Shown piece after piece: positions 33,516 through 45,232 of a DNA stretch of 64,000 nt. Position 1 is the first letter of the stretch, and each line of letters starts with the position of its first letter. Both the position numbers and the translations under genes were made by a program. This DNA comes from Selaginella moellendorffii (lineage: Eukaryota; Plantae; Lycopodiophyta): assembly GCF_000143415.4 (NCBI RefSeq), contig NW_003314295.1:1223923-1287922 (forward strand). Direction: 5' to 3'. Under the pieces are notes generated by a model, which saw only the letters and a list, made by a program, of their open reading frames with translations, was not told the DNA's origin and ran no database searches.

Positions 33516-36500
33516 TGTCAAGACCCCCAACTAGATCAAGACTAGAAAATGCTAAAGACAAAGAGAAAAGCTAGTGGAAACAAAGAAGAAGCCTTAGACT
33601 GGCGTTGATTCAGATTGTGGAGAAATGGAACAAGGCTAACCTATATATACTATAGGTTGATGAATCTCCACCACTCTTGGATCGAGGACGGCTTAAATAT
33701 AGCTGAGGTCAAGGAGGCGCCACATCAATATCAGGAATGTGGCTCGAGACTCAGGAATCGGGAAGTGTCTTGAGAGTCAGGAATAGGGAAGTGTCTCGAG
33801 AGTCAGGAATAGGGAAGTGTCTCGAGAATCAGGAATGTGGTCTGCATGTCAGGAATCTGGCGAGAGTTAGGAATGTGGCAAGAATTAGGGGATTCCTGAC
33901 AGCACCCCCTCCTCAAGAACGAGTGGAACGAGGATGTGAATGAGAACAACGAGGAGGATGAGATGAGTGGCGAGGGATGGGAGATGGAGAAAAAGAATGA
34001 GGACTGGGACGACTAGGATAACGGTGGTGGAAGTCCTGAACAAGGTCAGGAGAATGAATCAAGTTATCTGTAGGTTCCCAAGTGCGTTCTTCAGGCCCGT
34101 AACCCTTCCAGTCGACCAGATAGTAGAGTTTAAACCGTGAAATCTTGGAATCAAGGATGTTCTGAACCTCGTACTCAGACCCATCCTTGAGCTGCACTAG
34201 TGGAGGTGGAGGAATGACCCGATTGGGAATAGGACTGGGAATATAAGGCTCAAGGAGAGAGGAATGAAAAACGGGGTGAATTTGATATGAGGAGGGAAGT
34301 GCAAGGCGATAAGTGACAGAATTAATGATGGCAGTGATAGGGAAAGGACCGAGGCGTTTGAAATCAAGTTTTGGACAAGGCCTGGTGGTGGAGATATTTC
34401 GCCGGAGGAGCCAAACTTTATCCCCAATATTGTAAGGGGGACAATTCTGACGATGGATATTGGCAAATGTTTTGTGAGATTCCTGAGCACGATGGAGGTG
34501 GAAGGAGATGGAGTTGTGGATTTCTTAGAGGTTGGAGACAAATGCCTCAGAGCGGGGATTTGAATGAGAGGATTCGGATAGAGAAGGAAGTGAGAGATTG
34601 AATCGGGGATTTCGGCCAGAGTTTGCAAAGAAGGGGGAAATTCGAAGAGAGGAGTGAATAGAGTTGTTATAGGAGAACTCAGCAAGGGGAAGGATATTGA
34701 ACCAGTTATCCTGATGATAGTTGATAAAGCACCTCAAGAATTGTTCCAACGTCTGAATCATTCGCTCGGACTGCCCATCAATTTGAGGATGATACGCCGA
34801 AGAGAGGTTGGCCTTCACTCCAAGCAGCTGCAAAAACCGTTGCCAGAAATGAGAGATGAACTGAGGCCCCCGATCCGAAACCACATCTGTAGGAATCCCA
34901 TGAAGTCGGAAAATTTCCCTAAATACCAGTTTTGCCATGTCCTCACCCGAAAACTCCTTGGTACATGGCAAGAAGTGCGCCATCTTTGTGAAGCGATCCA
35001 CCACGACTAAAATGCTGTTGAAGCCTCAAGAACTCGAAAGATCACTCAAGAAATCCATGGAGATGAATTCCCAAGGACCTGAAGGGACCAGAAGGGAACG
35101 AAGCAAACCTGAAGGAAGGTGGCGAGGTACCTTATTCCGGGCGCAAGTGTCACAGGAGGTAACAAAAGCTTTGATGTAGTCGTCTATGTGAGGCCACCAA
35201 AAGTCCCGTGCAATTAGCTCATAGGTTTTCGCAATGCCGAAGTGACCAGCAGTCGGGCTATCGTGGCACGCCATTAGGACCAACCTTCGAGCATCACCTT
35301 CAGGAACGTAAAGTTACTCCCCATGGTATAATAAGCCATCTAAGAACTCAAACTCGTCAAATTGCCGGCAGTCGGGAGTCACAGGGTGTCCAGCCTGAAG
35401 ATGGGGGAAAATGTTGCTGGCGAGATCATCGGATTGAAGATTGTTTCTGATGGCATCCATCAAGGAGGAGTCCTGAGAGGCCAGGGAAATTGCCATAACT
35501 TGAAGCCGATCAGGACCGAGGATAATTTGATCCTGTTGATTGAAGGCAGGATTACTAGGCCTGAGACTGAGATAGGAGCGCCTTGAAAGAGCATCAGGAA
35601 GGCCTTGAAGCTTTCCAGGTCTGTACTTGATAACAAAGTCAAACCGACTCAGGAATTGTGCCCACCTTGCTTGACGACAGCTTAAAACTCGGGAAGTGGC
35701 AAAGTACTCGAGATTTTTGTGATCCGTCCAGATTGTTGTTTGATGGCCTGCCCCCTCCAAGAAACGGCGCCACTCTCCAAAGGAATCCACGATGGCAAGG
35801 AGCTCCTTGTCGTGGATTTCATAATTGATCTCCGCAGGCTGGAATTTCCGAGAATGAAAAGCGACCGGATGAAGTTCTTGATCTGCTCCGAGTTGAGACA
35901 GCACAGCACCGATGGCAAAGTCGGAGGCGTCAGCCTCGATGAAGAAAGGGTGTGAGGAATCAACATGGATCAAAACGGGAGCAGAACTGAAGGCTGCCTT
36001 GAGTGTGTCGAAGGCATGCTGGGTAGCAGTAGACCAAGAGAAGGGAACATCCTTGCGAGTGAGATGTGTGAGAGGAAGGACAATGTCAGAGTAGTGATCA
36101 ATGAATTTGCGGTAGAAGTTGGCGAAGCCAAGGAAAACCTGAACGTCCGACATTGATTGTGGAGGCTCCCACTCGAGAATAGTCTTGACTTTGGCAGGAT
36201 CCATCGTGATACCCTCAGGAGTGACAATGTATCCAAGGAACTCCACAGACTGCTGATCGAAGGAACATTTCTCAAGCTTCGTGTATAGGCCGTGTTCTCG
36301 CAGCTTCGCCAGCACCTTGCGTACATGTTTGTCGTGCTCCTCCTGAGTTCTTGAGTAGATAAGGATGTCATTGAGGTAGACAATCACCATCTGATCAAGA
36401 AACTCCCGAAAGACGTCGTTCGCCATGTGTTGGAAAACTGCTGGAGCATTTGTCAAGCCAAATGGCATGACAGTGTACTCGAAGTGGCCATAGCGGGTTC

Positions 36501-39113
36501 GGAACGCAGTCTTCCATTCATCACTAGGCCGGATCCAGATCAGGTTGTATGTGCCACGGAGGTCAATCTTGGTGAAGAAGTGGGCACCGCCGAGGCGTTC
36601 CAACAGGTCCGAGATCAGGGGCAGCGAATAGCGGTTCCGAACAATCACCTTGTTCAAACCTCGGTAATCGATGACTAGCCGCAAACTCCCATCCTTCTTC
36701 TTGACAAAGAAGATAGGCGCTCCAGTTGGGGACTGCGAATGTTGAATGAACCCCGAGGCAAGGTTCTCATCCATGTACTCTTTGAGGGCCTTAAGCTCAG
36801 ACGGGGATAACCCGTAGATAGGCCCCCACGGAGGTGACGCTCCTTCCTATAAATCAATGGGACAGTCATAAGGCTGATGAGCAGGCAGTACACTAGTTTT
36901 TTTCTTATCAAACACATCCCCAAAATCATGATACTTCTTAGGAAGACTAACAAGAAAAACATGCAAAGCAAAAAGGAAAATAGGTTCTTCATAAAGGAGT
37001 TCTTTCATAGTGATTGTGGGGATAAGAGGAGGTGTATGACTAAATGGAATGATGAGACGAGGATACTGTCCAGTGTAAGATGGAAGAGAGGAAAAAGAAG
37101 AGGGTGAAAACTTCGTAGAGTCAGGAATAGAACCCTGATTTGAGTTTAGGGAACTTTTCCTGATTCGGACTCGATGAACAGCAGGGGAAGCCGTGGGAGA
37201 TGGTGATGTGGGAGAGATGAGCTGTAAGTCCTTCCAACAAATCTGAGGCTGATGTAGTTGGAACCAAGGAAGACCGAGCACCACAGAGGAGGACTTGCTG
37301 TTGATGATGTTGAAGGCGATATCGGTGACGGTGGACCCGATGTGTACTCGAACAGGCAACGTTTCCCTAAGTCTAGAAGATGAAGACACAAAATGCCCGC
37401 CGATGCCTTCAACCCTCAGATCCCGTATGGTAGGAGAAAGAGGAACGTGATGTCGGGTAGCAAAGTCCATGTCCATGAAGCAAGAAGTTGCACCCGAGTC
37501 CAGTAGTGCCAAAGCCTTGAGTCCTGATTGTCCGGTGAAAGAAAGGAGACATGGGACACGGAAGTTGCGAGAATTGGTGGTGGCTTTGATGAAAGGTGGT
37601 GAGGAGCTTGATAAGGAAGAAAAGTGATTTTTATTCGGGGAGTCCAAACAGACAGCTCCTACTCTGTTTGGACAGAGTCGTTTCCCGACTGCAACAGAGG
37701 TGGACTTTAAGGCAGAGTGAACTCGAGCAGTCGGGGAGGCTTCTTGGGACACACAGCTGCTTTGTGATTAGGATCAGCACAGTAGAGGCAAAGATTATAA
37801 GATATTTGACGTTGCTTCTTAGCAAGACTCAACTTCCCTCTAATGAGTCGGGGAGTACCAGAAATATCCATCAGGACCGGAGCAGTAGGTTCAGGACTAT
37901 GCCCCGAAGACTCAAGCTGGGATTCCTGAGTCTGGGACAGAAAAACAGTGGCGCGGCGACTTTCCTGACGACGTTCAAAGAGACGATTGTCACATCGAAC
38001 AGCTTTGTTGATGGCGTCCGACAGGTCCTTGGGATCCTCCATGGTGAGCAACAAATCCTTGACACCGTTGTTGAGGCCGAAACGAAATTGGTCAATCAGG
38101 GCCCGCTCATCCCACTGAGTGTCCAAGGCAAGGAGTTGGAACTCTGCAGCGTAGATTGAGGTAGGATGAGACCCCTGAGAGAGACGTCTCATCCTTGTGG
38201 TAGCAGCCTAAACCCAATCCGTCTCGCCAAAACATGCTTCGAGCTTCTCTTTGAACAATTGAAGATCCATCAACTCCGGAACCATGACCCCTTTCATGCT
38301 CTTCTCCAGAAGAGGAGAAAACCATGACAAAGCTGCACCCTCGAGCAACGTCCCAATCACGCCGATTTGAGACTTGGGAGTGGGGTACCGCCAATGTTGA
38401 AGTGCAAAGATCAGCTCCATTTGGTTCAAAAATCCACGAAGCTCCGAACGCTTGCCTGAAAATTTCGCCGGGAAACTCACCTTCGGTTCAGGAACTTTGC
38501 TGGATCCTTGAGCCGAAAGTGAAGCAAGCTCCTGCTGCATGCGAAGAAGGGTTGCCTTCAGCTTAGTATTCTCAGACTGGATTTTTGCAAGGACTTCAGC
38601 AAAGAAATCAGGATGGCTTGGAGACTCCATTGGCAAAAAGAAAGAAAAGAAAGGGGGAAAAAGACAAAGGCAATCAAATAATCAAAACGAGCTAAAAGAA
38701 AAGCAAAAAGCATAATCTGAATCAAACTGTCAAGACCCCCAACTAGATCAAGACTAGAAAATGCTAAAGACAAAGAGAAAAGCTAGTGGAAACAAAGAAG
38801 AGGCCTTAGACTGGCGTTAATTCAGATTGTGGAGAAATGGAACAAGGCTAACCTATATATACTATAGGTTGATGAATCTCCACCACTCTTGGATCGAGGA
38901 CGGCCTAAATATAGCTGAGGTCAAGGAGGCGCCACATCAATATCAGGAATGTGGCTCAAGACTCAGGAATCGGGAAGTGTCTTGAGAGTCAGGAATAGGG
39001 AAGTGTCTCGAGAGTCAGGAATAGGGAAGTGTCTCGAGAATCAGGAATGTGGTCTGCAGGTCAGGAATCCGGCGAGAGTCAGGAATGTGGTAAGAATTGG
39101 GGGATTCCTGACA
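33516..39113 (-). mobile_element. Full-length Ty3/gypsy chromovirus (Tcn1/Tf1-sushi-like) with frameshifts, 386-bp LTRs and TSD ATAGG
   Basis: LTRs 33516-33901 and 38728-39113 (TG..CA, nearly identical); ATAGG at 33511-33515 and 39114-39118; gag, LLDSGA protease, RT/RNase H 35314-36774, integrase, chromodomain 33913-34197 (EYEVQNILD..YLVDWKGY..TWEP); PPT 33902-33914. Confidence 0.97.
33745..33900. repeat. ~26-bp tandem repeats (GAGTCAGGAATAGGGAAGTGTCTCGA-like) in the LTR, also at 38957-39110
   Basis: Seen directly. Confidence 0.85.
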
Positions 39114-40514
39114 ATAGGTTTTTGACTTGATGCCATCAATCTTGTGGCTTGGATGGTATTTGTAGCTAAATACAGTCACTAAGGAGACACTACCTCCATG
39201 TTTGAAAGCTTTCACAACATGCAACATCTTGGCCTTCTTCTTGATAGCTTTACATTCCTCTCAATCATTAGCATTTGTAACTATGTGGGGTTTGTGAAAC
39301 AAGGAAAAGAGTGCTTGTATGCAATGGAGACATTTGTCCTAAGTGTGAGCATTACCAAGGAGTGATTGATCTTTTGGGATAAGTAAGCCATTTAAATAAG
39401 ATATTGATGGTGTTAAAATTTATGCTTCTAGAGCCAAGCTGTGTAACTTGGATTATTATTTTGAGCGGGTGTAAGAATTGGAAAAATATGCAGGTTGGGA
39501 AGATTGCATATGACTCTTTGGTAAAGATTGATAAGAGGAGCAAAGTTGCATATACACTTATGGCTAATCTATATAGGAATTAACATTTGCCTGCTTGTTG
39601 AAGGAACAAAAGTTGGCAGTTACGACCAAGAAAGCACTAAATAAGCACTCCATTATAATGTGTGATGTTGTGATGAGCCAAGAAGATCCCATTCAAAACC
39701 TCAATTTTGGTGATGATGCTTTCTATCCCATTGCTCCACAGATTGTTCATGAATTTCATCTTTATATGATATTGTAAAAGGAAAAAAAGAGTTGTGAAAT
39801 ATTTATCTCACATGATAGAAATTAGTGTTGCATACTTTATGCTAAATACTTGCTCATATAGAACACTTACTAAATTTGTGGTGACATAATGCTATCTAGG
39901 ATGATGTGGCATCACTTTTACATGGTAATTTAAGGTGTCATGACCCAAGCATACATGGCATACCCCATGACAAAAATATTATACACATAATCATGTTTTG
40001 ATTGCTTATATAGCAATCAAAAAGTGATTGTGTGCATAATATTTTGCATGCAACTCAAAAAAAATAAAATAAATCCACACATGTGTAAATATATAATGTT
40101 CCCATGCACAATCACATATTTGTTGCCATACCTTTGTTTCTAAAATAAATCAACTACTCAAGGTTTTTTGACTTTGAGAAGGCTGTCACCTTTATCTACA
40201 TAATACAAATGAATTTTGTATAATATTCATTCTTTGACATTTTGCAATAAATTAATTTCAAACTCTCACTATAATGGCAATGCATGGTAGCCAAAAGATT
40301 CCTGCCCCTCATTCATTTTGATCATTTTCAAGGGCTTTGCTTTTTCACTCTCACATCACTTAGAGGGACCTAAGTCCACATATCAATTGAAAAGGCAAAA
40401 AACCATATTGACTTTAGATGTTAGGAATGATGCAATCCATCTTTAATCGTGCAAAGTTTTTCTATAATAAAGCTTTCCTCTTCAAAAGCAAACCAAAGAT
40501 TAATTTCGTGACCA

Positions 40515-41035
40515 TGGCTTTAGTTTATGTGCAAGTTGCACTACAAGCCAGCAATCATATGCTGCTCTTTACTGGGATCCAGTAAGACAGGCTCAAGAAT
40601 AGGAAGCACCGGTTTCACCAGTCAGTTCTTCACTAATCAATCAAGTGGTAAGACACCAAGCTGGCTCTAGCTTGCAATGCAAGTGAAAACACAAAACAAA
40701 ATGCCTGGAGTCAAACTCAAGCCATACAAAACATATAAAATAAAGTGGTAACATGCCCAGGTTAAAACAGTGCTAATTAAGTTCCTAATTATTAAGATGG
40801 CTACTAAACATCTCTACATTTTATAATTACTCGGATAGAGGCATCAAGAGGGTCCATGAAGCTTAGTCCAGCAAAAATTTGTGAATTCATTCATTCATTC
40901 ATCTCTGGGCCATGTTGTGACACAAAAGTTGTGATAAGAAGGTTTACCTATCACATTGGGGCGACACATATCTTAACTTACAATTGAATGTGGAAAACCA
41001 GAACAACAAGCCTAGTTCTAAGGTATAATGGAGTC
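40515..41035 (+). repeat. Inverted duplicate of the upstream region of MTPSL 3505-4566 (4560-4935 joined to 5660-5708)
   Basis: Reverse-complement matches; lacks the TRIM and so serves as an approximate empty site. Confidence 0.85.
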
Positions 41036-42300
41036 ATGCTTGATCATCTCATAAACATGGTCCACACTCTTCTGGAAAGTCACACAATCATGTGCAGCAA
41101 AACAATTACCAGTTGTGGCAATTAGTGCCATTGTAATACTTATTGTGCAGTGACAAGAGGTCATTTGCCATGACAATGTGGTCATCCAAGATCTTGATGA
41201 GCTCACAGATCTCTCTCAGGTTTACAACCAATTCCTCAAGCTTGATTCCCACACAAAACTCAGTTATGATGCATGCCATCACCTCCATGAATCTAGTGCA
41301 GTGGTGGAGAAGCCAATACTCCTTGCTGCTCGGGATCATGTTATTGATTTGGTGTTTGACCTCCTGGATGCTATCCAGATAGATTGATAAGATCTTCCAG
41401 TGGTGACTGAAATAAAGACTCTTGAAGCTTGTCCCTCACTTTGAGTTGCTTTTCTTCCAAACAACATCTCCTTTGCTTGCCACTCAGATTCCTCTTCTCT
41501 CAGCCAAGAGCTCAATGAATGGCTCATTTCCAACCTTGGTATCATTGACGAGAGTGCCAAAAAGAAGATCGTTCAGTCAAGAGTCATGCTCTTAGCTTGT
41601 TTGATGCATCCTAATGGTGAGTAAAGCTTTTTTTGCCTGTCCTCACATTTTTGCCCTTGCTTGCAAAATAGTGATAAATATACAAAAACGAGAATATAGA
41701 AGAAGAAGAGTAAAAGAGAAGAAGATAGAAGAGAATAGAATGGAGAGTTTAGCTTCAGACTCCAAAAGCGTGAGTAAAGATAAACATATATTATTCTTTC
41801 AACTCTATTTTGCACAAATAGTCATAGGTGGGAGAAAAAATGATTAATTTAATGCAAATGCATACAATAATAAATGAGGGTTGTTTTTTAGCACGTCTAA
41901 ATGCTATTTATATATTACATGATTTTATAATCATTCCTAATTGTTTTTCGTTTAGGTTGAGTCTTTCTTCTTTGGATGCTTAAACTTAAATGTAACTCTA
42001 TTTCGTGTAACCTTCCTTCTTTTATTCTGCCTGGAAAGATATACAAGAGAAAATATTTATCTCTTCATCAAATGGCAAGAGAAACAAAGTCCTCTTGATG
42101 GAAGCATTTGTGGGTATACTTTTTGGTGGATGACATCCTCTAAGTCAAGCAGCCAAGAAGGTTATGGCGCCCTCAAATCTATCATTTGGAGCATTGCCAC
42201 CATTGGAATCTACAAAGCATCCAAGGAGCATAATCATCATCATCTTGTGCTACTACTCTTGGTGGAAGTCATGGCAGAGCTCTACAAGGAAATGCCCAAT
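41028..42300. pseudogene. Scrambled MTPSL pseudogene: ATG on plus, C-terminal half on minus (41036-41398), N-terminal half on plus (41420-42300) split by a solo LTR
   Basis: [20 protein letters not shown] on minus; [23 protein letters not shown] and [13 protein letters not shown] on plus. Confidence 0.9.
41618..42070. mobile_element. Solo LTR with 5-bp TSD AATGG, inserted in the MTPSL pseudogene
   Basis: TG..CA termini; AATGG at 41613-41617 and 42071-42075; same family as 8344-8976. Confidence 0.85.
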
Positions 42301-44972
42301 TCCCATAGCTTTTCCTTTAGAACAACCAAGATGGTGAGTATAAGGTAGTTTAATAGTTTATTTGGACATGCACAATTCTAAGACACATTGCAAAATAGCT
42401 GATTTACTTTGTCAATGGAAATTGCCATATGTCAATTTGGATGAGCGAAGCTAGCTTGTGCAACTAGTAGTACGCTTTTTATAAAAATGTGATCCATCTC
42501 GTGCCTTGAATATCTAGCCTTGTCTCCAATTTTTTAGTGTGATCAGCTCTTTGACAGCATGTCGTTTTCACTTGGAATCCTCTCTTACCCACCCTAGCAT
42601 CGAGTGCTGGATAGTAGTGGACTGAGACAAGGTGCTTAGATCATCCTGAGCTTTGTCCCATTACTCGGCCCTGATCTCTTTGAAGAGCACTTTGCCGAGG
42701 CCTGCAAGAATGAGTGGCTAGTGGCCGGATTAGCAGCTTGGTTGTGGCCTTCTATTATGGGAAACAAAATTGTATTAGAAAAAAAGTTATGGAAGTTAGA
42801 AATGCTTAATTAGCATGCAACTAGCTTAATTAGTTATCCAACAGCATAAAGAGACATAACAATCTATCACATCTATCTAGGTAACTAGAAAAAGTTGTTG
42901 TGCAATGCATGATCCATACACTGTTGGCTTTTGACCAAGACTTTTTTAAAATTCACAGGAAAAATTCACTTGAAATAACTAACATTTCAACACTTTAAAA
43001 AGTGTTATAGAAAAATTAGAATTGTGAGGTCCAAGTGTACGGCTATGATGCTATATACTAATATTAATGTAGTGGGAATTTAGTAGCTGTCAGATTAGTT
43101 TCAATCTGGACCACTCATTTTTATATATAAATTAGGGTTTTTGGGTTAATTGATATGCACATTTTCCATATTCCTTTTTCATGTTCCATGCACTCACATT
43201 AGTGGAGGAGAGGGGCACCTTTGATTGTCCCTGAGGAGTGCTTAGATTTGGGATTTTGGTTTAAATTTAACTTTTGCATTATCTAAATCTAGTTTTTTCA
43301 ATTTCCTTTCTTTTGTTCTTTCCTTTTAGGAATTTGGTTTAGATCTAGCTTTTGCATTGTCTAGATCTCCCTTTCCTTCTAACTTTTTTTCATTTCTCTT
43401 ATTTTGCTCTCTTTTTCATTCATTTTCATGGCAGATCAGGAGTCTTCTCCTCCTTTGACTTTGGAGTAGCAGTTGGTGCAATTGCTTGATGCTATGCGAT
43501 TGCAATTGAACAACCAAACTCAATTGATGGTGGCATTCACAGCACGTGGTACAACTCCTACTTTTGGTGCCAATCCTTGCATTCAGCCGGAGTTCTTTTA
43601 TAGGAATCCTGGGGATGATGTGTATTATTGGTTCGATCACTTCACGGTGATTGTCACATATCATTCTTGGGATGATGCTTGATATTTGCATGAGTTTCCC
43701 ACGTATTGGTGTTGCAATGGTACAATGGTTTGAGTGCAGCCACTCATGGGGATTGGAGTGTTCTCCCATACGTCTTCAAATATGCATTCGGACATGCTAA
43801 CAATTGTGATGATGCGTTCTAATAATTGCATCATCTTTGTCAAGGGCCATTTGAGTCGGTAATACAATTTGGCATTTGTTTTCAAAGCCTCTTGCTTCAT
43901 GCAAAGCCAAATATATTGGAGCGGATCAAGCTAAGAATGTTGTGGCTAGCCTTTTGTCAAGATCTTGTCGGACTTGTGCATGCACTTGCTCCAGCCACCC
44001 TTGATGATGCTTTTTGCTTAGCATAATGTTATAAAACATTGTTTTTTCCACTTCTTGCTGCACGTCTTTCAACTCCACTTCCTGTGGGTGATGGTCCTAT
44101 TCTAATGAAGGTTGATGCTGCTGCTACTCGAGTCCAAGGACAAGGGTGAGGACGTGGTTATGGCTGTGATGTTTGTTATTATGCGTGTGATAAAGTTGGT
44201 CACACTTATTGGTGTTGTCAGCATTTTTTAGATTGGTGGCCATCATTTCCTGGATGGAGACCTTAGCTTCAATAACGTTTTATTGGTGCTACTACAGTGG
44301 AAGGTTTGGACATCAAAATGCATATGGGAAATGAGGAGTCATGCAAGTAATGGAGGGACCTTATGCAAATAAGTCAATCTTTCTTTTGGGAGTATCATCA
44401 ATGGCTTCACTCAACACCAGTTCATCTAATGTTTACTTTCCAAGCTCGTTTTTATAACAAGTGGTCTCCTATTATTCTCTTTAGATTAGTTGATACAAGT
44501 TTGAGTTTATCTTTTATTGCTTGACCTATTGCCATACGTTGCTATTTACACTTGTGTCGTGCAGTAGAGTCAGTTTCATTCTTTATGGCAACAGCTGTAC
44601 ACATGCATGTGCATAGGATGAGGCAAACTTTGTTGTGCATATGGGCAATTTCGAGCTTTGGTTGTAGTTATTGTGGGTGGTGTCGAGTCAAGCTTTTGAC
44701 CTCATCTTTGGTATGGATTGGTTGCAGTGCAATTATGCCAAGTGTGACTTTGAGACTTCTCCCTCTTGTCTCATACTTCCTTATATTTCATCCATTCCTC
44801 TCATTTTCGTACCTCTTCGTTGCTCTACTTCTACCTTTGCTTCCATTACTTTTGTCCCTCCATTACTTCCTCCTATGTTTTTGTTTTGTGTAAGGAACCA
44901 ACTCCCCGAGGTGTCGTAGGCTAAAGGATCCCTGAAAGCATGACTGACATGACAAAGAGTTCATCGGATGGA

Positions 44973-45232
44973 ACCGAGTCTGAGATTGACTTTAAGGCCA
45001 ACTTTGAGACCAAGTTCGAGATAGAGTCCGGGATCGAGTCCGAGACTGACTCGGAGACCGAGTTCGAGACCGAGTTCGAGACTAAGTTTGAGATTGAGTC
45101 CGAGATCCGAGAACAGGTTTAAGACCGAGTCTGAGGTCAAGTCCAAAGTCGAGTCCAAGATCGAGTCTGAGACCGAGTCCGAAGTTGGGTCTGAGATCAA
45201 GTCCGAAATCAAGTCCGAGACTGAGTTCGAGT
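44973..45232 (+). repeat. 12-bp minisatellite (GAGA[C/T]CGAGT[C/T][C/T]) within the LTR; also 51261-51532 and 51870-52141
   Basis: Seen directly. Confidence 0.9.

Noticed and set aside
33516-39113. Idea that the fungal-type retrotransposon delivered the microbial-type terpene synthases
   Set aside because: It has near-identical LTRs and a clean TSD, carries no cargo, and is clearly younger than the MTPSL duplications.
39119-40500. Possible degraded DNA transposon (Cys-rich piece on minus) flanking the chromovirus
   Set aside because: Too decayed; no TIRs or reliable motifs identified by eye.
44940-45212. E/S/T-rich and D/S-rich ORFs (also 51249-52146)
   Set aside because: They are translations of the 12-bp LTR minisatellite.
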